Assembly (NCBI GenBank): GCA_964583165.1
Contig: CAZOVK010000002.1
Coordinates: 14,015 to 78,014 of the forward strand
Source: an uncultured Defluviitaleaceae bacterium
GTDB lineage: Bacteria > Bacillota > Clostridia > Lachnospirales > WRAX01
DNA length: 64,000 nucleotides
Reading direction: 5' to 3'
Shown piece by piece: positions 57,531 through 64,000 of the stretch (position 1 is the stretch's first letter; every line of letters begins with the position of its first letter). The notes beneath the pieces are model-generated. The model searched no databases. It worked only from the letters and a program-made list of their open reading frames with translations, and was not told the origin of the DNA. Made by a program: the position numbers and the translations under genes.

Positions 57531-59510
57531 TTGGAACGATTAAGGATTGAGGACTTTACAGAGTACAGCTTTCTTTCGGGCGTTTGCGTTTCGCCGGACG
57601 GCAAACATGCGGTATTCGTAGTCAAAAAGGCCGATTTGGATGAGAACGCATATTCTTCGCGCGTTTATGTTGTTGACACAGCGACACATGAGGTCAAACA
57701 GCTCACAGGGCTTGAAAAAGAAGCGGGCGTTTTCTGGCTAGACAGTGAAACAGTGGTTTTCAGAGCCAACCGTGACAAGGCGCTTGCGAAAAAGATTGAA
57801 GAGGGCGAAGAGTGGACGGTCTTTTACGCCATTAAGATTAACGGCGGCGAGGCAAAAGAGCTGTTCCGCGTGCCTGTGTCTGTCGGGCAGATTGACACGC
57901 TTGAGGACGGGCGGTTTGTGTTAACGGCCGCTGAAAGAATCGGCGCGGCGAAATTGCATGAGCTTAAAGGTGATGAACGCGCTAAGGTTATCGCACAACA
58001 AAAGGAAGATAAGGACTATGAGGTTCTCGAAGAAACCCCGTTCTGGTCAAACGGCGGCGGATTCGTCAGTAAGAAGCGCACACGCCTATTCGTATATGAC
58101 ATGAAAACAAACGCCTTGAACGCCGTGACAGATTTGAACACAAACGTTGATGCGTTTAATGTCAAGGGCAATCAAGTTATCTACATATCAAGTGTTCGTA
58201 CAATTGTCAACGGCTTGAAGGAATCAATCAGCCTTTATGACGCTGAAACGGGCGCGACTACGGAACTGTTGCCGGAAAAGGATTTTTCAGTGTCATGGGC
58301 GAACTTCTATAAAGACGGATATATCTTCACAGGCAGTACTCAAGCGGGTTATTCACTGTGGGAGAATCACAATTTTTATACGCTCAAAGACGGTCAGGTT
58401 ACGTTACTGGCGGAGCATGATTTTGGCTTAGGTAATTCTGTGGGTTCTGACTGCTCACTAGGCGGCGGCATTGACAAGGTTATCTGTGGCACGGATATTT
58501 ATTTCACGTCAACAGAGCTGAAATCTAGTTTTATTAAGAAACTGGATGAAAACGGCGTAATCACGAAGCTGACGGACGATATTGGCGCAGTTCACTGTTT
58601 CGATAAAGCTTGTGGAAAGTTCTTCTTTATCGGCTCGCGCAATGAGAAGTTGCAGGAGCTATATGTTTTCGAAAACGGCGTAGAAACTTGTTTGACGAGT
58701 TTCAATGCGCAAGTGTTCGAAAACAAGAGCATACAGCCAATTGAGATTTTCACGTTCGTCAATGACGGCGTGGAATTTGAAGGTTACGTTATCAAACCCG
58801 TTGACTTCGACCCCGCCAAACAGTACCCCGCCATTCTAGACATTCATGGCGGCCCCAAGGCTGTTTACGGTCAGGTGTACTTCCATGAGATGCAGGTTTG
58901 GGCAAACGCGGGTTTCTTCGTATTCTTCATGAACCCACGCGGCGGCGATGGGCGCGGCAATGAGTTTGCGGACTTGCGCGGTAAGTACGGCACTATTGAC
59001 TATGATGATTTGATGACATTCACTGACAATGTGCTTGAGAAATACCCGAATATCGACAAGAACAAAGTCGGCGTGACGGGTGGCTCATACGGCGGGTTCA
59101 TGACCAACTGGATAATCGGTCATACCGACCGTTTCGCGGCGGCGGCCTCACAACGCAGTATCTCTAGTTGGCAATCTATGTATTTGACGACGGATATAGG
59201 TTATTTCTTCGCAAAAGAAACGCAAGGCGCTGACCCGTGGGGTAATCCCGAGAAATTGCGTTGGCATTCGCCGCTCACTTATGCGCCGAACGCCAAAACA
59301 CCTACGCTCTTCATTCACTCAGAAGAAGATTATCGTTGCTGGGTTGTTGAAGGCATACAGATGTATACGGCGCTTCAGTTACATGGCGTTAAGTCGAAGC
59401 TTGTGATGTTTAGAGGCGAGAACCACGAGTTGAGCCGCTCCGGCAAGCCTAAACACAGAATCAGACGGCTGAAAGAGATTACGGGCTGGTTTGAGGAGCT
59501 ATTGAAGTAA
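57531..59510 (+). CDS. S9-family (prolyl oligopeptidase/acylaminoacyl) peptidase
   Basis: IHGGP, GGSYGG, HSEEDYRC, ENHELSR; TTG start after GGGGAG. Confidence 0.92.
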   Translation: MERLRIEDFTEYSFLSGVCVSPDGKHAVFVVKKADLDENAYSSRVYVVDTATHEVKQLTGLEKEAGVFWLDSETVVFRANRDKALAKKIEEGEEWTVFYAIKINGGEAKELFRVPVSVGQIDTLEDGRFVLTAAERIGAAKLHELKGDERAKVIAQQKEDKDYEVLEETPFWSNGGGFVSKKRTRLFVYDMKTNALNAVTDLNTNVDAFNVKGNQVIYISSVRTIVNGLKESISLYDAETGATTELLPEKDFSVSWANFYKDGYIFTGSTQAGYSLWENHNFYTLKDGQVTLLAEHDFGLGNSVGSDCSLGGGIDKVICGTDIYFTSTELKSSFIKKLDENGVITKLTDDIGAVHCFDKACGKFFFIGSRNEKLQELYVFENGVETCLTSFNAQVFENKSIQPIEIFTFVNDGVEFEGYVIKPVDFDPAKQYPAILDIHGGPKAVYGQVYFHEMQVWANAGFFVFFMNPRGGDGRGNEFADLRGKYGTIDYDDLMTFTDNVLEKYPNIDKNKVGVTGGSYGGFMTNWIIGHTDRFAAAASQRSISSWQSMYLTTDIGYFFAKETQGADPWGNPEKLRWHSPLTYAPNAKTPTLFIHSEEDYRCWVVEGIQMYTALQLHGVKSKLVMFRGENHELSRSGKPKHRIRRLKEITGWFEELLK

Positions 59511-59515
59511 CAAAC

Positions 59516-59550
59516 AAAAGCGGGTATTTCAAGGCGAAATACCCGCTTTT
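59516..59550. terminator. Bidirectional terminator
   Basis: aaaagcgggtatttc / gaaatacccgctttt, perfect 15-bp stem. Confidence 0.85.
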
Positions 59551-59554
59551 GTTA

Positions 59555-59806
59555 TTATATGAGGTTTGAAACTGTGCCTTTCGCCAGACTGTCAACGGCC
59601 GTGAGCACGCGGTGTTTCGCGTCATCACCCGTCACACCGCCTTGAATATAGCTGATAAGTCGATTCTTTTGTTCGTCACCCAATTTCTCAAACGCACTCC
59701 GCGCGTCCGCGTTCATCATCAACTCCATGCCGAAGCCAACAGGTATATCATGCACGCGTGGGTTCGGGTTGTGACCCATACCTATAAATGCCTTGTTATC
59801 GTTCAT
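59555..59806 (-). CDS. Small conserved hypothetical protein
   Basis: 83-aa ORF with AAGG RBS; DIPVGFGMEL..NADARSAF pattern. Confidence 0.6.
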   Translation of the reverse strand: MNDNKAFIGMGHNPNPRVHDIPVGFGMELMMNADARSAFEKLGDEQKNRLISYIQGGVTGDDAKHRVLTAVDSLAKGTVSNLI

Positions 59807-59969
59807 CTTACCAATCCTTTAACCTTTTTAATAGTATAAATAATGCTCAGAATAACATACTACCAATCAGAAAAAATTCAAAAAAGTGCTTGCAATTGGA
59901 AAACGGTTGTGCTATACTCTTATACATAGTATTAAAAACTACATTACATAATATAATCAATGGGGTGAT

Positions 59970-60626
59970 GTGATGTTAAGAAAGATTAAAGACCCGGTAA
60001 GCTGTTTGACACACCTTGCGTGGGCGATTCTGGCGATTCCGGTTGCGGTGCTTTTGGTTGTGGGGGCGGCGCGTGAGGGCACGGCTTTGCATGTTGTGTC
60101 GTTTGTTATCTACGGCATTGCGCTGTTTCTGCTCTACCTCGCAAGCACAATCTACCACATGTTGCCGATTTCTGAAAGAGCACAGACCATTCTTCGGCGC
60201 ATTGACCACATGATGATTTTCGTGCTCATTGCGGGCACATACACGCCGATTTGTCTGTTGCCACTTCGTGGGGTGTGGGGTTATACCCTGCTCGCGATAA
60301 TCTGGGGCATGGCGATAGCGGGTATTGTCATCAAGGCATTATGGTTAGACGCGCCACGCTGGCTCAGTACCGGGCTGTATGTCATCATGGGTTGGACGGT
60401 AGTAATCGCTATTTATCCGCTCACACAGGCGATTCCGACAGGGGCACTTGTGTTACTCATTGCTGGTGGCGTGACTTATACGCTCGGGGCCGTGATTTAT
60501 GCCGTGAAGTGGCCTAGGTTTAACATTAAGGGCTTCGGCTTCCACGAAATCTTCCATCTGTTTGTAATGGGAGGCAGTGCGTTTCATACGGTTCTTATGT
60601 TTAGATATGTTTTGTTCGTGGCTTAG
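59970..60626 (+). CDS. Hemolysin III / PAQR-family membrane protein
   Basis: ASTIYH, RRIDHMMIFVLIAGTYTP, YVIMGW, FHEIFHLFV. Confidence 0.92.
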   Translation: MMLRKIKDPVSCLTHLAWAILAIPVAVLLVVGAAREGTALHVVSFVIYGIALFLLYLASTIYHMLPISERAQTILRRIDHMMIFVLIAGTYTPICLLPLRGVWGYTLLAIIWGMAIAGIVIKALWLDAPRWLSTGLYVIMGWTVVIAIYPLTQAIPTGALVLLIAGGVTYTLGAVIYAVKWPRFNIKGFGFHEIFHLFVMGGSAFHTVLMFRYVLFVA

Positions 60627-60643
60627 TAACTTCTCCTCGATTT

Positions 60644-60669
60644 GCACGGCTAAAAGGCCGTGCTTTTTT
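60644..60669 (+). terminator. Intrinsic terminator
   Basis: gcacggc-taaaag-gccgtgc followed by a T run. Confidence 0.75.
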
Positions 60670-60681
60670 ATATGTTATGTA

Positions 60682-60737
60682 TTGACAAAGTTGTCTAATG
60701 CTGTTAGACTGATATTGTCTAATAGCATTAGACAATA
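60682..60737 (+). promoter_or_regulatory. blaI promoter with two GTCTAA-N5-TTAGAC operators
   Basis: TTGACA 60682-60687, TAGACT 60705-60710; dyads at 60693-60709 and 60717-60733. Confidence 0.8.
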
Positions 60738-60749
60738 GGGGGGGATTTT

Positions 60750-61112
60750 ATGGAACAACTCAAGCTAGGCGAAATGGAACAGCGTTTCGCTGAACTCATC
60801 TGGGCGCACGCACCTATCACCACACGAGAATTGACAGAAAAAGCCGCGCAAAACTTCGATTGGAAGCGCACTACAACCTATACAATGCTCAAACGCCTAT
60901 GCGAACGCGGGATTTTTGAGAACACGGGTGGCACAATTGTAACAATCTTGACGCGCGAGGAATTTAGCGCGGCGCAGGGGGAGCAGTTTCTCAAAGAGAG
61001 TTTTGGCGGCTCATTACCGCGCTTTTTCGCGGCATTCACGCGCCAAATGCGCATCAGCGACAGGGAGATTGCGGAAATTCAAAGGCTGATTGACGAATAC
61101 AGGGAGGGGTGA
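60750..61112 (+). CDS. BlaI/MecI/CopY-family repressor
   Basis: LGEMEQRFAELIW, WKRTTTYTMLKRLCERG, FGGSLPRFFAAF. Confidence 0.92.
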   Translation: MEQLKLGEMEQRFAELIWAHAPITTRELTEKAAQNFDWKRTTTYTMLKRLCERGIFENTGGTIVTILTREEFSAAQGEQFLKESFGGSLPRFFAAFTRQMRISDREIAEIQRLIDEYREG

Positions 61113-63277
61113 GGTTCAACATGGTTGAAACTATCTTCTTACGCGTGGTCGAAATGAGTATTACGGCGGGTATTGTCATTGCGTTCATTTTCGCGGCAAG
61201 GGTTCTGATGAAAAGAGCGCCCAGACAGTTTTCATACGCGCTTTGGGCTGTCGCGCTGTTTCGGTTGGTCTGCCCGTTTTCGTTTGAGAGTGTGTTCAGC
61301 TTGATTCCGAAGCGTGTGGCGCCACTTGTTGAGGTGGCGGCGCGAACGCTTGAACCCGTTCCGAATGTGCCAAGTGTCGGGATGGCGGCTTATACACCGA
61401 ATGTAGTCGCTCAAAACTTAGTGGCTTCAAACCCGATAACGCTTACCCAAATCGCGGCGTATATCTGGATTGTCGGCGTGGCGGCTTTGCTGATTTATGG
61501 CATTGTTTCGTATATCAGATTCCGCTTGAGGCTTATTGGCGCGATACAGACAGAACCGAACGTGTTTGTCTCGAATCGCATAGACACGCCGTTCGTCATG
61601 GGTATTTTTAGCCCACAAATCTATCTTCCCGCTTCACTTTCAGAAGCGGAAATGCCATACATTCTCATGCACGAACGCGCGCACATACGACGATTTGACC
61701 ACATTGTAAAAATCATCGGCTTCATGGCGCTTGCGATTCACTGGTTTAACCCGTTGGTCTGGTACGCCTTTCTCGCGAGCGGTGATGACATGGAAACACT
61801 ATGTGATGAGGCCGTCATCAAAGAACTGGGCGCAGAGGTCAAACGCGATTACTCGTTTTCGCTGTTGAAGTTATCAACGGGGCGTAAGATTGTGCGAGGC
61901 ATACCTCTTGCGTTCGGGGAGGGCGACACCAAGAACCGTGTCAAGCACGTTCTAAATTACAAACGCCCCGCGTTTTGGGTTATTGCCGTAGCGGCACTTT
62001 CGGCTGTTGGGTTGTCTGTAGGTTTGGTGGCTAACCCACCCAAACAGTATGAGCCGAATTTTGCAGGCGGTTACTTTGTTGTTCGTGAACAAGTTTTTCA
62101 GGCGGCAAACATATCGCTGACGTTTGACGGATGGACGAAGCCGGAGATAATCATTTCTAATGATTTCATCCTAAATTACCGCACGAATGTTGGTGGTGAG
62201 TGGGTCAGTTTGGGGCGACTTCGCGCAGTGAATATGAATGACAATGAACTGATAGATTACATGGGCTTTATATCTGCTGGTCTTGACGAAAAAATCAAGA
62301 GTGCGTTGTCAAATAGGGCGCTGGTTTATAGAAATGATGCGACAGATTGGGCAGATAAGGTCATGATTATCCAACAGAAAAACGGCGATATTCTGCTATA
62401 CAAAGATTTAAGGCTTGTTGAGCTTGAAAAAACCGCTGAACCACAGTTTGGCGACGACGGCATGATTGAGAGTGTAACGTTTGAAAGCACAGAGCAAGTA
62501 ATTGAGCCCAATGACACGACAGACTTAGACGCCGCCATTAACAAGGCAATTCTCGACGAGAACAACACAGACACCAGCCCTTACACCTTTGCGACAGCTT
62601 CACATATCACACTGGCAAGCGAAATATCAGCCGTTTATAATGCGCCCGATAAAAGAACAGGTGGGACAATTACGGTCTATTGCATGGCGATGTATATGGA
62701 ATTCAAGAAAGACGGCTTAATATTTGAGGAGGCGGGCGGCAATCACATGCCCGTTGCTATTACATTCTATGTGGGGATTGACGGCGCGTTCACGCTTATA
62801 GACTATTGGATGCCCAAAGACGGCGCGTATAATCAGTCGTCAATCCGCGAGAAATTCCCAGTGGCACTCACGCCCGACGACTGGAATACGCAGAAGTACG
62901 TGGTTGCGCAGATTATGTCGTGTTATAACCAAGCCATTCAGTATTATGAACCTGATATGAGTTTGTTCATTGAGCGAAACCTTGCGACAATAGAGAAGAA
63001 CCCGGCGTTATCGTCAAGTGTCAAGGCCCACATTGACGAGAATGTGCGTGAATATAGGCAACTCGTGTATGTCGGAGATTATATGCTGGACTACAGTTTC
63101 GCGCTGTTTGAGCAGGGAGGGCAGACCGACTTAAAGGGGCATATCATGGCGGCGGCTTGCCGCGACATACTCCGTGTAAAGGGGTTTGAGGTTGAGGACG
63201 GGCTTTTTGACACGGGGCAAGATTGGTTTGACGCATTCAAAGAATCACCCACATACAAAGAAATAGGACGGCGCTGA
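61109..63277 (+). CDS. BlaR1-like M56 metalloprotease with non-penicillin-binding C-terminal domain(s)
   Basis: HERAH zinc motif, HWFNP, CDE, AFGEG; ATG alternative at 61121. Confidence 0.9.
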   Translation: MRFNMVETIFLRVVEMSITAGIVIAFIFAARVLMKRAPRQFSYALWAVALFRLVCPFSFESVFSLIPKRVAPLVEVAARTLEPVPNVPSVGMAAYTPNVVAQNLVASNPITLTQIAAYIWIVGVAALLIYGIVSYIRFRLRLIGAIQTEPNVFVSNRIDTPFVMGIFSPQIYLPASLSEAEMPYILMHERAHIRRFDHIVKIIGFMALAIHWFNPLVWYAFLASGDDMETLCDEAVIKELGAEVKRDYSFSLLKLSTGRKIVRGIPLAFGEGDTKNRVKHVLNYKRPAFWVIAVAALSAVGLSVGLVANPPKQYEPNFAGGYFVVREQVFQAANISLTFDGWTKPEIIISNDFILNYRTNVGGEWVSLGRLRAVNMNDNELIDYMGFISAGLDEKIKSALSNRALVYRNDATDWADKVMIIQQKNGDILLYKDLRLVELEKTAEPQFGDDGMIESVTFESTEQVIEPNDTTDLDAAINKAILDENNTDTSPYTFATASHITLASEISAVYNAPDKRTGGTITVYCMAMYMEFKKDGLIFEEAGGNHMPVAITFYVGIDGAFTLIDYWMPKDGAYNQSSIREKFPVALTPDDWNTQKYVVAQIMSCYNQAIQYYEPDMSLFIERNLATIEKNPALSSSVKAHIDENVREYRQLVYVGDYMLDYSFALFEQGGQTDLKGHIMAAACRDILRVKGFEVEDGLFDTGQDWFDAFKESPTYKEIGRR

Positions 63278-63290
63278 CCGTCCTTTTCTT

Positions 63291-63911
63291 TTAGCGTATG
63301 AAGTTTGTCGCTATGCGTGGCTCTTGCTCAGGGTAGGGGATACCCGCCGCAAGACCGGCTTCTTTGATTTTCAGGAACCATGCCATATTGCGCGCAAGTG
63401 TACGCATAATCTGTAGGCCCTCTAAATCCTGTTTGACTTGTTCGGGTGTTGAGCCGTGAACCATATTCCAGTATTTTGACGAAATCACGGGCATTTGCGA
63501 GATAGTGAAGTATTTGTTGAGCTGGTCGAATGCGGCTGTTGTGCCACCGCGTCTTGCCGAAACAATGGCGGCGGCGGGTTTGAGGAAGAAGCGACTGCTG
63601 CCCGAGAAGAAAGCCCTGTCCATGAATGACGTAATCGCACCGCCAGCTGATGCGTAATGAACAGGTGAGCCGAATACAAAGCCGTCAGCCGTTTCGGAGA
63701 GTGTCAAGAACTCGTTCACGCGGTCATTGAGTACACAAAGTTTCTTTTCGCGGCAACCACCGCAAGCCACACAGCCGGAGAGCGGCTGTTTACCTATCCA
63801 AAAAAACTCCGTGTCAATACCCTCGGCGTTCAGTGTCACGGCGATTTCTTCAAGCGCCGTGTATGTACAGCCACGTTCACGTGGGCTGCCGTTTACCAGA
63901 ATTACTTTCAT
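63291..63911 (-). CDS. Flavodoxin-fold NADPH-dependent FMN reductase / iron-sulfur flavoprotein
   Basis: NGSPRERGCT, GCVACGGC...C, GSPVHYA, RRGG. Confidence 0.9.
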   Translation of the reverse strand: MKVILVNGSPRERGCTYTALEEIAVTLNAEGIDTEFFWIGKQPLSGCVACGGCREKKLCVLNDRVNEFLTLSETADGFVFGSPVHYASAGGAITSFMDRAFFSGSSRFFLKPAAAIVSARRGGTTAAFDQLNKYFTISQMPVISSKYWNMVHGSTPEQVKQDLEGLQIMRTLARNMAWFLKIKEAGLAAGIPYPEQEPRIATNFIR

Positions 63912-64000
63912 AATATTGCCCCCAAGTTAGGTTTATAGAACCATTATAACCCAACAAACGATTCAATTCAAGCTTAGGAACATATTCACATCGATTTTTT

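Noticed and set aside
1-64000. tRNA, rRNA, tmRNA, integrase, transposase or prophage genes
   Set aside because: None were recognisable by eye; tRNAscan/Infernal would be needed to exclude small RNAs fully.

Overview
Chromosomal segment from a Bacillota (probably Clostridia-type) bacterium, judged from SLH and InlB-B-repeat surface proteins, sigma-A promoters, the era-yqzL-recO cluster, comEC-holA and blaI/blaR1. It has two parts. (1) ~1-34.5 kb is an accessory region. It opens with decayed genes: two S-layer gene remnants, an HTH pseudogene, a probable polymorphic-toxin tip with immunity-like genes and a Fic N-terminal stub. These are mixed with intact cargo (PI-PLC, HXXEE protein, rihB/yeiL, ATP-grasp). 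Next come several signalling modules, each with a readable operator: an orphan REC-wHTH regulator beside two genes that share an identical 11-bp tandem box/-10 architecture; a Cys-tailed ECF sigma operon; a LytTR regulatory system with an ABC exporter; a MerR with an ABC-2 exporter; and a LytTR/7TM-GHKL two-component operon with an intercalated surface protein, divergent from a 1611-aa S-layer adhesin. (2) ~34.5-64 kb is mostly housekeeping: opp operon, radC, DUF402, ppk2, recO, yqzL, era, DUF3048, yhfC-like, S8 protease, GNAT, holA, comEC, amidohydrolase, cysteine desulfurase, S9 peptidase, hemolysin III family, blaI/blaR1-like and a flavodoxin-family protein. I could not support any rRNA, tRNA, CRISPR array, integrase or transposase. 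All family assignments come from motif recognition, not database searches.
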